The position numbers and the translations under genes were made by a program. Below are positions 26,028 through 35,799 of a DNA stretch of 54,590 nucleotides, in pieces. The notes beneath the pieces are model-generated. The model made no database searches, was not told the origin of the DNA, and saw only the letters and a program-made list of their open reading frames with translations. Location: positions 1 through 54,590 of IMG/VR virus record IMGVR_UViG_3300043443_000432. One strand, 5' to 3'. Each line of letters starts with the position of its first letter. Position 1 is the stretch's first letter. The stretch is from a virus (Duplodnaviria; Caudoviricetes).

Positions 26028-26634
26028 TGCGGTCCATGATGCGCTTCAAATCTTCGCCGTTCAACGCCTGGGCCGCGCGGTCGTACATCTGCTGCCAAGT
26101 GCCGATGCGCTCGTCTTTTTTCAGGAATGGCGTAGCCTCGAGCAGCGTTGCGTACAGCAGCAGGTCCGGCGCGTACTCGGTCAGCCAGTTGGTCTGGAAG
26201 TCCTCGCCCAAGAAGCGCGGCTGCTCGTAGTAGACGATCTCCAGGTTGCTGTCCGCGTCCGGGGTGGGCGTGATCAGCCAGTGGTTGTAATCGTAGTCGG
26301 CGTAAAACTGCGGTGCTCCCATTTCGGCCTCATCGGGCCAGTATGAGCGGCAGTACTCGTAGGAGCGGGCAAAAATCGGGGATCCGTTGACGGTCATGCT
26401 CACCGTGTCGCGCCAGCGGTCTGGCTTTCGGTAGGTGGCAACGCCGGTTTGCAGCGGCGTGGTGACGGCTCGTATGAAGCCTTGGATTTTCAGCTCACGC
26501 GAAATGCGGCGCTCGCCGAGGGTGACTAGGCGAGGGAGTTGCTCGTAGACGATCTGGTCGCTCTCAGCGGTGAAACCCCGCTCGAGGTAGCGGCGCACAT
26601 CTTCTAGCAGGCTGCTGTACGTCATCGTGTACAT
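26005..26634 (-). CDS. Tail adaptor (tubular protein A-like)
   Basis: P.FYADY...LITPTPD...TNWLTEYAPDLLLYATLLEA. Confidence 0.8.
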   Translation of the reverse strand: MYTMTYSSLLEDVRRYLERGFTAESDQIVYEQLPRLVTLGERRISRELKIQGFIRAVTTPLQTGVATYRKPDRWRDTVSMTVNGSPIFARSYEYCRSYWPDEAEMGAPQFYADYDYNHWLITPTPDADSNLEIVYYEQPRFLGEDFQTNWLTEYAPDLLLYATLLEATPFLKKDERIGTWQQMYDRAAQALNGEDLKRIMDRSAQRTEA

Positions 26635-26686
26635 GGGGACTCCAGGTGGGTTGAAGCCGCTGCTACAGCCGGCGCTGTGTTGCAGA

Positions 26687-26715
26687 ATTATAGGCGGGTG
26701 GAGGGATCAGGGCAA
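26687..26715 (-). promoter_or_regulatory. Sigma70-like promoter
   Basis: TTGCCC-N17-TATAAT. Confidence 0.65.
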
Positions 26716-26719
26716 ACCA

Positions 26720-27148
26720 TCAAGAAAAGGCTCTGGTGCCCTGTTTGTCGATGATAAGCGCCTGTCGCCTGGGTGTTCCGCTGACCGAGCTTGGAACGCT
26801 GATGTGGGTCCAGCGATCGAACTCGCGAATGATCTGGTCGTATCCCAGGCCGGCCGCTATGACGGCGCGCACGACCTCGTCTGGCGTCATGCCGGGTACC
26901 CGAATGTCAGCAGCGCAGCCGATACGATGCTGAGAAGTATCTTTACTGCCCACAGCATCATTGACCTGTTTGGATCTAAAAGCGCTGTTGACCATGATGG
27001 GCTTGCCGCCCAGGACGGTTTTGACCTGCTCCAAAAGCTCGGCCAAGCGTTTGAGGTTGTTTTTTTCAGAATCATTGGGGGTGTTGTCGAACTCACGGTG
27101 GTCCGTGATCGTCATCTCTTCGAGCGTGAAATGCGGAGTCAGATTCAT
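26720..27148 (-). CDS. Endolysin, peptidase M15A family
   Basis: LTPHFTLEE...NSAFRS..VNDAVG...SQHRIGCAADI...WTHIS. Confidence 0.9.
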   Translation of the reverse strand: MNLTPHFTLEEMTITDHREFDNTPNDSEKNNLKRLAELLEQVKTVLGGKPIMVNSAFRSKQVNDAVGSKDTSQHRIGCAADIRVPGMTPDEVVRAVIAAGLGYDQIIREFDRWTHISVPSSVSGTPRRQALIIDKQGTRAFS

Positions 27149-27648
27149 TTTTTCTCCGACAAGGCTTGGGTTTTTGCGGCGCTACCGGATGAAGAACCAA
27201 AGTAGTAATACACAACGGCCATCAGGACTGCATCTAAAGTGCCCAACATCCGAATGACCAGCTCTCGCGCCTCGGTTGGAACAACCCGGGTAAGGACGTG
27301 GTACTGGATTATTCCCCAAACGATAAACACCAGCAGTGCAATGATTCGCGGCGTCCAGACGTCCCCGGTCTTGGCGGCCATGTCGCGGGCTGAAGCGCGG
27401 TCGCCGGCGTGGATTTTCTCCATGTCGATGTCGAGCTGCTTGACCTTTAGCACCAGATCCGCCTCGGCCTGCTTGATGGCGGCCATCTGCTCTGCGTTGA
27501 TCGTTCCAGAGGTCAGGATGCCTTTGACCTGGTCCTTTGTGGCGTCCGACATGCCGAGCGCTTTGCCGATAGCGTCAACGGCCATGCCGGCGAGTGGGCC
27601 GCCAAGAAGCGTGGCTGCTGTGGGGGCGATTTGCTTGAGCCAGTCCAT
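27145..27648 (-). CDS. Putative holin
   Basis: DRASAR motif, two TM helices, YYFGSS; next to the endolysin. Confidence 0.75.
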   Translation of the reverse strand: MDWLKQIAPTAATLLGGPLAGMAVDAIGKALGMSDATKDQVKGILTSGTINAEQMAAIKQAEADLVLKVKQLDIDMEKIHAGDRASARDMAAKTGDVWTPRIIALLVFIVWGIIQYHVLTRVVPTEARELVIRMLGTLDAVLMAVVYYYFGSSSGSAAKTQALSEKK

Positions 27649-27650
27649 GA

Positions 27651-28058
27651 TCAGTCCTTTTTTGCTGTGACGATGTCCTCGCCTTTACGAACGGTCACGC
27701 GGTCGCCTTCGACATCAACGCGCATGGGCTGCTCGGCACGGTCGAGCTTGTCGAGTTTGTCAATCAGGTGTTTTATCACCTCAAACTCCGGCTTTTCCTG
27801 CTTCGGGTTTGCGCCTGCGATGCCGTTGAGCATAGAGATCAGTGCGGTAAGGGCGGCTGACACCAAGCCAATCACCGCGGCAATTTTTGACTCCTCAAGG
27901 GCAAGGCTTGCGCCGACGCCCACCACAACGATAGCTGTGATGTACGCCAGGCCGTGCTTGCCAATTGCTTTTCCGGCAACTTCTTTGGCGGTGCTCTCGG
28001 CCTCGAGGCGATTTAGCTCAGCCTTGGCCTGAGCTTTCAGCATTTGCAGCTCGTCCAT
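27651..28058 (-). CDS. Two-TM membrane protein (holin/antiholin-like)
   Basis: Two hydrophobic helices inside the lysis cluster. Confidence 0.6.
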   Translation of the reverse strand: MDELQMLKAQAKAELNRLEAESTAKEVAGKAIGKHGLAYITAIVVVGVGASLALEESKIAAVIGLVSAALTALISMLNGIAGANPKQEKPEFEVIKHLIDKLDKLDRAEQPMRVDVEGDRVTVRKGEDIVTAKKD

Positions 28059-28103
28059 CAGATTTCCCCGTCAGAAAATTACCATAAGATGGTAAAAAAC
28101 CCC

Positions 28104-28334
28104 TTATTTGTTGGCAGCGATAGCAGCGTTCAGAGGAGCCAGATCCTGGTCCTGCATGAAGTCCTTGGCCACCATGATCTCCAGGTGAGCCACGTTGCGG
28201 GCGACGGTATCCGCCCACTCAGCGTCTTCCATTCCTTCAGGTTTACCGGCGTTCAGCAGGTTCACGCTGTCCATGGCGGCGCTGTAGTGGCGCGCGATCT
28301 CTTCTGCGGTGAGGGTGTCAATGATGTCGGTCAT
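28104..28334 (-). CDS. Putative tail-fibre assembly protein
   Basis: Small acidic ORF directly after the fibre gene. Confidence 0.6.
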   Translation of the reverse strand: MTDIIDTLTAEEIARHYSAAMDSVNLLNAGKPEGMEDAEWADTVARNVAHLEIMVAKDFMQDQDLAPLNAAIAANK

Positions 28335-28335
28335 T

Positions 28336-30378
28336 TCAGTTTCCTTTCAGGGTTGCGATTTCAGCCTTGGCTGCGTCGAGTTCGGTCTTGAGTTCTTTGA
28401 TGGCGGCGACAAGCAGGGGAATGATGCTGTTGTATTGCACTCCCATCATTGCAGGAGACCCATCTTTCTCAGTTGCACCTTCGCCAGGAACTTCAACGGC
28501 CTGTGGCAATACAGCAAGAACGTCTTGAGCAATCAAGCCAACTTGAGGTTTTGCGGTTTCATCGGACTTCCAAGTGTATTCAGCGGCTCGTAATGAGCAA
28601 ACTTTGTTAAGCCCATTCTGAATTTCGCCTGTGATATTTTTCAAGCGTTCGTCAGAGCTGTTGGTCCACGAAGTGCCGTTTTGCGCAAGATACGGACCGT
28701 TTGTCGTTCCTGAGTACGTTTGCAAACGCAACAGGCTGTTGTCCCACCAAATAGCGGCCTTCGTACTGAAGGCGTTCAGCCAAGTGAGCTGCGTGTATGT
28801 TGCACCAGACGCTGCATTGACAAAGTGCCCGGTGTTTGACGCAAACCCCAATAACGGAGTGCCATCCCCATCCGACAGAATGACGTTTCCGTTGGAAGTG
28901 CGAATATCTAGGTTACCTTGGTTGCCGGAGTAAACTCCAATAATGGTGTTCCTAGAGCCTGTTGTTACAGCATAGCCAGAATCTCTACCAATAAAAGTAT
29001 TTTGAAATCCTGTTGTATTGCTATATCCCGCTTGGTATCCAACTATAGTATTTGAATATCCTGTTGTAGTGCTATAAGCAGTCTGATACCCCACAGCGGT
29101 GTTGTTAGCGCCTGTGGTGTTGAATCGAAGCGCCTCACGCCCAACTGCGGTGTTGTAGCCGCCTGTGGTTGTGGAATATAAAGAAACCGCGCCAATACCT
29201 ACGTTAAATACGCCAGTGGTGTTGGAATACAAGGCCGCATAACCAAACGCATCGTTTGTTTGACCAGTCGTGTTGCTATACCCTGCCTGATAACCAACAG
29301 CGGTGTTGGAAGAGGCGGTGGTGTTGGCCGCAAGAGCAGACGTACCAATTGCAACGTTGTAGGAACCGGTAGTGTTGGAGTTCAACGCACCATTAGTGGA
29401 GTTATCGTTGCTACCAACGGCCGTGTTTGCGGTGCCGCTAGAGTTATTACGCAGAACATAAGCACCGATACCGATGTTACCTGCACCAGTAAACGTTCCA
29501 AGGTCTCCAGCGTTAGAACCGATGAGTGTGTTTCGTACTCCGGTAGTTGCAGTGTATCCAGCGCGATAACCAAGCGCAGTCAGTTCAGTGGCGGTGCTTG
29601 CATAAAGCGATTGGTACCCCACAGCAGTGTTGTTGCTTGCTGTGGTGTTTTGAGAAAGTGCGCCCCCACCCAATGCAACGTTGTAATTACCAGTCGTGTT
29701 ATTGCGGCCAGTTGCTTGGCCGTTGTTGAATTCAAGGCCACCAACCCATGTGTTGTAAGCGCCCGTGGTGTTGCTTCGACCGACTTCGTAACCCACTGCC
29801 GTGTTGTAAGAGGCCGTGGTGTTGGAATAGAGGGCAGAATTGCCAAGCGAAGTGTTGTATGCGCCGGTTGTATTTAAGCGCATCGCATTTGCGCCAATAG
29901 CCGTGTTGTAGCCTCCTGTTGTATTGGTAAGCATTGCACGACTTCCCATCGCCGTGTTTTGGGTTGCGGCACCTGTAGAGACAATAAGTGCGTTAAATCC
30001 AATTGCGGTATTGCTTGCCCCGGTCAAAGAACCATCTGCCAAAGCACTCGCACCCACCGCAGTGTTGGTGGCCACACCGCCCGCACCACGGCCTACGGTA
30101 ACTCCATAAACCGAGATCTGAGAGCCGTCAAACGTGAAGTTAGCAGAGCCTGCTAGCGCACCGTTATTGTTGTATTGAACCTGCGTGTTAGACCCGCCAA
30201 TCGTGCCAGAACCTTTCGACGCCAGCGTCTGCACCACGCCGCCGTTGTCCTTGTAGAACAGCTTGCCGTCCGTGATGTTAATCGCCAGCTCCCCGTTGGC
30301 CAGGTTACCTGCGGAGGGCGTTGCCGCGGCGGTGGTGGAGTAGTAGAGCTGGATGGGTGTGTAGCCTGCTTGGGACAT
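28336..30378 (-). CDS. Tail fibre with beta-roll repeats and C-terminal S74 intramolecular chaperone
   Basis: About 16-aa NTAVG...SNTTG repeats; SSDERLKNI autocleavage motif; GLIAQDV; terminal coiled coil. Confidence 0.9.
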   Translation of the reverse strand: MSQAGYTPIQLYYSTTAAATPSAGNLANGELAINITDGKLFYKDNGGVVQTLASKGSGTIGGSNTQVQYNNNGALAGSANFTFDGSQISVYGVTVGRGAGGVATNTAVGASALADGSLTGASNTAIGFNALIVSTGAATQNTAMGSRAMLTNTTGGYNTAIGANAMRLNTTGAYNTSLGNSALYSNTTASYNTAVGYEVGRSNTTGAYNTWVGGLEFNNGQATGRNNTTGNYNVALGGGALSQNTTASNNTAVGYQSLYASTATELTALGYRAGYTATTGVRNTLIGSNAGDLGTFTGAGNIGIGAYVLRNNSSGTANTAVGSNDNSTNGALNSNTTGSYNVAIGTSALAANTTASSNTAVGYQAGYSNTTGQTNDAFGYAALYSNTTGVFNVGIGAVSLYSTTTGGYNTAVGREALRFNTTGANNTAVGYQTAYSTTTGYSNTIVGYQAGYSNTTGFQNTFIGRDSGYAVTTGSRNTIIGVYSGNQGNLDIRTSNGNVILSDGDGTPLLGFASNTGHFVNAASGATYTQLTWLNAFSTKAAIWWDNSLLRLQTYSGTTNGPYLAQNGTSWTNSSDERLKNITGEIQNGLNKVCSLRAAEYTWKSDETAKPQVGLIAQDVLAVLPQAVEVPGEGATEKDGSPAMMGVQYNSIIPLLVAAIKELKTELDAAKAEIATLKGN

Positions 30379-30396
30379 TTTCTTTCCTCTCGAAAC

Positions 30397-32868
30397 TTAG
30401 AACGTGCCGCCCGAAATACCGGACCACACTGGGGTGCCTGCGCCAGCAGACGTTAAAACTTGACCGGCCGTGCCGTTGGCAATGAACGACGTTGCGCCTG
30501 CACCGGTCTGATACGGGATCTGGGAGGCCGCGCCTCCTGCCAGGTTCGTAGCCGACGTGGCGTTCCCCGACAGCGAGGCGGTGATCGTGCCCGCGCTGAA
30601 GTTGCCAGACGCGTCACGCGCAACAACCTTTGAGGCCGTGTTCGCGTCCGTGGCATCCACGGCAAACGTGCGGGCCACAGAGCCGTCAAACGTACCGGTT
30701 GACGTCAGGTAGCTGCCCGCTGTCAGCGCGTTGACAACAGAGCCGGCTTGCGTTGCATACCCAACAGAGAGCGTAGACTGCGTTCTGTTTTCCCATCGTT
30801 GGTCCACGGAGTCGTAAACAATTACATCTCCGTTGGCTAGCGTGCCAAACTGCACGTTTCCGTCCGTTCCCCCCAGCACAGATCCAAAGGTCGGACGCAC
30901 GAACAAAATACCGTTTGAGACGCCAACGTTCACCACAGCGGCCACGATGGCGATCGCGTTGGGCGTATTGGGCTTTGTCTTTGTGAGTCCGCCCGCCACC
31001 GCAGGATCAAAGTACAGTGTCTGCCCCTGAGTCCAAGCCTCTGCACCACCCGTGGTGTCGATGTTTTTCACCTCACCAAACTCAACGACCGTGATCCAGT
31101 CGTTTGTCGTGCCCGTTTGCATGGCCACGCCAAGAATATAGTTCGACTGATCTGGCTGCAATCCCGTTGCGGGCGCGGATGTCAATCCTCCGCTTGCACC
31201 CAGTGTGCCGGTGAACATCATCACCTGGCCTTTGGTGGCCGGAGCGCTGAGCTTCACGCGGTAGTAAATTTCCTCGCCAACGTGCTGAATCACTGCACCA
31301 TTCATCTGGAAGGCCAGCGTCTGGTACATATCCGAGTCGTCGTAGTACAAACGACCCGTGGCATCTGTCACGGTGGCCGTGGTGTCAAACTGGATAAAAT
31401 CAGGCGAAGAAATGCCACCCGTCACCCCGGTCATGGATGTGATATCGCCATTGGCCCCAAGCACTGCGGCCGACAGGTTTGCACGCGCTCCAGACGCATC
31501 TGTGGCCCCGGTGCCGCCGTTGGCCACAACCAGGGTGCCAGCCAGCGTCACCGCGCCCGTGGTGGCCGTGGCGGGTGTCAATCCGGTGGTGCCGCCGCTG
31601 AACGAAAGAACGCCCGTGTTGGTGATCGTCACCGCAGCGCTGCCGTTGTATGACGTTCCGGACAGGCCCGAGCCAATGGTCAGCGCATAAGGGTTGGCGG
31701 CGGTGACCGTTGCCGATCCGCCCAAAGGTATCCCTGTCCCGTTGACGGTGATCGTGCTGTAACTCAGCGCCGCATTCGGGATATTCGACAGCGTGTTAAA
31801 CGATGCATCGATTGTCTTGTTCGTGAGTGTCTGCGATCCGGTCAGAGACACCGCATCCGTGATCCCGTAGCCCGCAACCGTGGTGGGCGTGCTGGTAATG
31901 CTGGACCAGGCCGGCGTGACCGTTGTCGTGCTTGCACCCGTGATAACACCCTTGCTGTTTACCACCAGCACGGGCACCTGCGTCCCAGAGCCGTAGGTGT
32001 TCGCCACAACCCCCGAGGCGGGCAAATCGGCGTTCACCAAGGCGCGGAAAACAGGATCCGCGTTGCCACCGGCCGTTGGGCCCGCAAACATCGTGTTGGC
32101 CGCAACGGGGGCCACGATGAGCGTTGAGCCCCAGGTCGGAGCGCCGGTACCGCCGGACACCAAAACCTGCCCAACGGTGCCCGCCGTGCCCACATAAAAA
32201 CCGTCTGAGCCGGACCAAATAATCCCGCCCGGGTTCATCACCAAACTGCGACCGGTACCGCCGTTGGCGACCCCTAGAACACTGTCTACCTGGACATCTG
32301 CCGCCAAATTGACAGACGGATGGCGGTGGTCGGCACGGGACACATTGGTAGAAACCCCAGCGCTACCGCCCGCAACGAGCGACAGCGGCGTGGAGTTGCT
32401 AAGGTTCACATTCAGCGTCACGTTGCCGTTTAACGCGCCACCACCGTTTAAGCCCGTGCCGGCAATCACCTCAGTGCTTGTAGGTACAAACCCGCTAACG
32501 CTAAACGGGAAGCTCGTTGCGGCCGTCACCCGGCCAGTGGCGTCAACGGTGATCTGCGGAAACGAGCTTGCGCTGCCGTACACGCCAGGCGTCACGCCCG
32601 AGGCGGCCAGTTGCGAGGTGCCAATGCCGCCAGGGGCAACGGACAGCGTCACGTTCGATGATAGCGCCCCGCCGCCCGTAAGGCCCGTGCCAGCAATCAC
32701 CTGGCGCGAGGTCGGTACACCGGCCACCTGCAGCAGGTCACCGGCGCGGATTTTGTAGGTCACGCCCTGGTAGACGCCGACCAGCAGCGTATCCTCCGAC
32801 GGCGCAGACACGGGAACCGGCAGGTTCGTGATCGCGATCGGGATGAGGTTGGATGGGACTTGTGCCAT
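30397..32868 (-). CDS. Tail fibre protein
   Basis: AGTGLTGGG, ITVDATGRVT, PTTVAGYGITDA and VARDASGNFSAG fibre motifs. Confidence 0.85.
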   Translation of the reverse strand: MAQVPSNLIPIAITNLPVPVSAPSEDTLLVGVYQGVTYKIRAGDLLQVAGVPTSRQVIAGTGLTGGGALSSNVTLSVAPGGIGTSQLAASGVTPGVYGSASSFPQITVDATGRVTAATSFPFSVSGFVPTSTEVIAGTGLNGGGALNGNVTLNVNLSNSTPLSLVAGGSAGVSTNVSRADHRHPSVNLAADVQVDSVLGVANGGTGRSLVMNPGGIIWSGSDGFYVGTAGTVGQVLVSGGTGAPTWGSTLIVAPVAANTMFAGPTAGGNADPVFRALVNADLPASGVVANTYGSGTQVPVLVVNSKGVITGASTTTVTPAWSSITSTPTTVAGYGITDAVSLTGSQTLTNKTIDASFNTLSNIPNAALSYSTITVNGTGIPLGGSATVTAANPYALTIGSGLSGTSYNGSAAVTITNTGVLSFSGGTTGLTPATATTGAVTLAGTLVVANGGTGATDASGARANLSAAVLGANGDITSMTGVTGGISSPDFIQFDTTATVTDATGRLYYDDSDMYQTLAFQMNGAVIQHVGEEIYYRVKLSAPATKGQVMMFTGTLGASGGLTSAPATGLQPDQSNYILGVAMQTGTTNDWITVVEFGEVKNIDTTGGAEAWTQGQTLYFDPAVAGGLTKTKPNTPNAIAIVAAVVNVGVSNGILFVRPTFGSVLGGTDGNVQFGTLANGDVIVYDSVDQRWENRTQSTLSVGYATQAGSVVNALTAGSYLTSTGTFDGSVARTFAVDATDANTASKVVARDASGNFSAGTITASLSGNATSATNLAGGAASQIPYQTGAGATSFIANGTAGQVLTSAGAGTPVWSGISGGTF

Positions 32869-32871
32869 TTT

Positions 32872-33186
32872 TTAATCCACAACGAACAGGAAGCGCTGCC
32901 CGTCCTCAGAAACGATGAATTGCGTGCCGTCCTGCGAGATCAGGCCAGAGGGGTTTGTCGTCAAAGGCAGATCAGGACGCACAAACGGCAGCACAACCTG
33001 ATCCTCGGCGCGTGGTGCCAAGCGGTACGGGTCGTAATCGTCCGTGTCCTCTTTGCACACCATAAGCGCCGGATAGTTCGGATCCGGATTGAGCTCGGCG
33101 ATCTTGAACTTGCGGGAGCAACGCGCACAGATTCCAATCCCGTATGTCGGGTCGCTGGAGCCTGGGACGATGAACTTTCCGCTCAT
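32872..33186 (-). CDS. Small Cys-containing putative virion protein
   Basis: MSGKF...ICARCSRKF...VC; ATGA overlap. Confidence 0.75.
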   Translation of the reverse strand: MSGKFIVPGSSDPTYGIGICARCSRKFKIAELNPDPNYPALMVCKEDTDDYDPYRLAPRAEDQVVLPFVRPDLPLTTNPSGLISQDGTQFIVSEDGQRFLFVVD

Positions 33187-34175
33187 TTCGTGTAGCAGCC
33201 AATGCCAGGGTTGATGAATGTCGGCGAACCGTCGTTGTCCCCGTCCCAAGCCGCCTGGCGAGCGGCGTACCACTTCTGATCCAAAATCGGTATCAGGTCA
33301 GGTGCAACGGAAGGCGTCTCGGCCGCCACACGAGATGACAAACCAGCCGTAATCGCCTCGAGCCAGCGCTGAGGCACCTCAACGTCCTGCTGCAGGTTCT
33401 GCGTGTCCATGATGTGGCGATGGCGCCAGACGATCAGCTGCTGGTGCTCCGCTGCGGCATTCGGCGACGGCCAGAGATTCATCACGGGCTGGGGCAGGTC
33501 GCGCTGAAACCAGTAGGTCAGGGGTCGACCCAAAAACACCTTGTTGCTCTGCGCCACATAGGTGTCCCGGTTCAGCGATCCCATCGGGATTTCCTGCGGC
33601 AGCGTACCCAGGTACACCTCGCTTATCAGCATCGGTCCGGTGCTGGTGATTCGGAAAAACTCGCGAGCCATCGCGGGCACAATGTCCGTCCAGGTCCACT
33701 CGCCAGCCGTGGCCGCCGTTGTCTGACTTCCGACAGTGGTCCATGTCAAACCGTCGACAGATGTCTGAAAAGTGACGTTCACCGCAGCGCCCGTCCACTT
33801 CATGCCGACCGTGTTCACGGTACCAACGCCACCGTCCTGGTCCGTGAAGTCAACGGTGTAGCTCGTTGGAAGAGAAACGGTTGTGCCGGTCAGCTCCTGC
33901 AGCGTGCGCAGGTTTGCGTTCAAAACCTCCACCGTCCCTGTGTCCAGGGTAACGATCGGCTGCCCCTCATAGAAGGGGTAAATCTGGCGCTGAATACACC
34001 AGCTGGGGGTCTTGGTATTGGCGAGCTCGCTTAGCAGCAGGTACAGGGACTCGAGCGCATAAGCGTGCATCTCAGACGTGATGGCCTGGGCAGGCAGGCG
34101 GCAACGCCGGAAGGCGTGATCGACGACCTTCAGGGCGTTGAATGTTGTTGCGCTGATGCTGCCGGAAAAGGCCAT
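33183..34175 (-). CDS. Head-tail adaptor / head completion protein
   Basis: HAFRRC...SLYLLLSELAN...GRPLTYW...LWPSP...VPQRWLEAI. Confidence 0.7.
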   Translation of the reverse strand: MAFSGSISATTFNALKVVDHAFRRCRLPAQAITSEMHAYALESLYLLLSELANTKTPSWCIQRQIYPFYEGQPIVTLDTGTVEVLNANLRTLQELTGTTVSLPTSYTVDFTDQDGGVGTVNTVGMKWTGAAVNVTFQTSVDGLTWTTVGSQTTAATAGEWTWTDIVPAMAREFFRITSTGPMLISEVYLGTLPQEIPMGSLNRDTYVAQSNKVFLGRPLTYWFQRDLPQPVMNLWPSPNAAAEHQQLIVWRHRHIMDTQNLQQDVEVPQRWLEAITAGLSSRVAAETPSVAPDLIPILDQKWYAARQAAWDGDNDGSPTFINPGIGCYTK

Positions 34176-34235
34176 GCTAACTCCGTTTGTCGTCGTCAGA
34201 TGGCCGCCGATTCAGCGCGCCCTTGGGTTGGGGGA

Positions 34236-34273
34236 ATTGTAGATCATGGGTGGCCGGAGAACAATCCGGCCAC
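34236..34273 (-). promoter_or_regulatory. Sigma70-like promoter with its -35 in the loop of a 9-bp inverted repeat
   Basis: TTGTTC-N17-TACAAT; GTGGCCGGA/TCCGGCCAC arms at 34250-34258 and 34265-34273. Confidence 0.55.
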
Positions 34274-34281
34274 GCGCTTAA

Positions 34282-34986
34282 TCATCGTTTCGCTGCTTTT
34301 CGACCTTCGGACAAAGCGATCGCGATTGCTTGCTTCGGTTTTGTCACGACCGGACCGTTTTTCCCCGAGTGCAGATCGCCGGACTTGAACTCGCCCATCA
34401 CCTTGCCGACCTTGGCTTGACTGACCTTGCCGCCGGTTTTCATGGCCAGCATCGGCTCACGGGGAGCGACCGGAACCATCTTGCGAGAAGGCGCCTCAAC
34501 CTTGCGGCTCATCATGGAGGCCTCACGGCGCATGGTCGGAGTCATGGCCATTTCGCGCTTGTCCATTGCTTCCATGCGGGGCATCTTAGCCATGCCTCCC
34601 TTGGCCAGCTTCAACGTGGGCAGATCCGGCGCCACAGGCTTGGAGCCCTTGATGCCAGGGTTTTTGTTGCCCTTGATGCCCAAAGAGCTGGTGTCCTTGA
34701 TCATGGTCTGGCCAACGAAGCCAGGCGCCTCGACCTTACCGCCGCGGGCCAGCTTGGTCAGGGGCTCACCCTTGTGCAGAGCCTTCTCGTGCTTGTGCAC
34801 GGCGGCTTTGACCATCGCCTTGTCCTGTTTCATGTCGGCCTTCACGCTGCCGCCCTCAGCATAGCAAGCGCCGCCCTTGGCGTAGCCGGTGACCTTGCCG
34901 CCCATGGCGTATTTCACCGAGCCGTCTTTGCCCTTGGTGCCGAAATCAAACTCTTTGACGTACTTGCAGCCCATTTTGGCCTCCAT
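34282..34986 (-). CDS. Basic K/M-rich protein with six xxGG motifs and a DUF6496-like C-terminus
   Basis: YAMGG, YAKGG, YAEGG, LARGG, LAKGG and MKTGG; KVMGEFKSGDLHSG...KQAIAIALSE. Confidence 0.8.
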   Translation of the reverse strand: MEAKMGCKYVKEFDFGTKGKDGSVKYAMGGKVTGYAKGGACYAEGGSVKADMKQDKAMVKAAVHKHEKALHKGEPLTKLARGGKVEAPGFVGQTMIKDTSSLGIKGNKNPGIKGSKPVAPDLPTLKLAKGGMAKMPRMEAMDKREMAMTPTMRREASMMSRKVEAPSRKMVPVAPREPMLAMKTGGKVSQAKVGKVMGEFKSGDLHSGKNGPVVTKPKQAIAIALSEGRKAAKR

Positions 34987-35229
34987 TCATTCCCGGTCTT
35001 TCAGACCTTTGAGGTTGTCGATCTTGCGCTCCAGGCGATCAAATCTGTCGATCAACTGTTGCATATCTGCGCGAAATTCAGCCCTGGTAATGTGGTCGCG
35101 AGCCACTTCCTCGCGGGTGCGGTTGAGCAGAATGCCGAGTCTTGAGACCTCGTCAAACTTTCCCTTCAGCAGAAAACCCATCAAAGCCACAACGGCGCTC
35201 AGAATAATATTCCAGACCATCATTTCCAT
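34987..35229 (-). CDS. Single-TM coiled-coil protein
   Basis: N-terminal TM helix followed by a coiled coil. Confidence 0.75.
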   Translation of the reverse strand: MEMMVWNIILSAVVALMGFLLKGKFDEVSRLGILLNRTREEVARDHITRAEFRADMQQLIDRFDRLERKIDNLKGLKDRE

Positions 35230-35255
35230 GACGCAAAACCTCCAGCGTCAGAAAA

Positions 35256-35519
35256 TTAGGTGTAGGCAACGTTCACCGTCCCGGCAGCCACGACCACCAG
35301 TCCGTTGTTCGCTGCAATACCGTGGCTTGCCCAGGTGGCAATGTCACCGGCCACCATGGTCTTGGTGTACAGGATGTTTCCGCTTGCGGCAGAGGCGCTG
35401 TCGTAGACGGTCACAGCACCACCAACGATGCAGGTGATCGAGAAAAGTCCAGCGGGTGTCGGCTTGATCACAGTTGTTGCGGCGGCAACCTGCTGATAGC
35501 CTAATTTGTCGGTCATCAT
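35256..35519 (-). CDS. Small beta-rich putative virion protein
   Basis: Position and composition. Confidence 0.7.
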   Translation of the reverse strand: MMTDKLGYQQVAAATTVIKPTPAGLFSITCIVGGAVTVYDSASAASGNILYTKTMVAGDIATWASHGIAANNGLVVVAAGTVNVAYT

Positions 35520-35582
35520 GAGGTGATCTCCTGTTTTAAATGAAACCCCACCGGTCGGCAGGGTGCGTCATAACGCAGGAAA

Positions 35583-35792
35583 TCAGCTCAGAGCTGCACC
35601 GATGGCGGTCACCCAGGCAGAGCCGGTGCTGATGACGACACAGTACTCATTGTCGCCAGCGCCGTTGTCGGAAATGACATAAGCAGTGCCAGCGGCAACG
35701 CTGGTGGCGGCAGGCAGGTTGGCCGTGGTGGTCACGGGGAACAGGAAACCGGCGTTAGATTTGACCGGGCCGGAAAAAGTGGTTTGTGCCAT
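35583..35792 (-). CDS. Small capsid-associated/decoration protein
   Basis: MAQTTFSGPVKS start, directly downstream of the capsid gene. Confidence 0.75.
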   Translation of the reverse strand: MAQTTFSGPVKSNAGFLFPVTTTANLPAATSVAAGTAYVISDNGAGDNEYCVVISTGSAWVTAIGAALS

Positions 35793-35799
35793 GATATGT

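Noticed and set aside
28336-32868. Diversity-generating retroelement or invertible tail-fibre cassette
   Set aside because: No reverse transcriptase or invertase recognised, and no TR/VR pair with adenine-specific mismatches seen.
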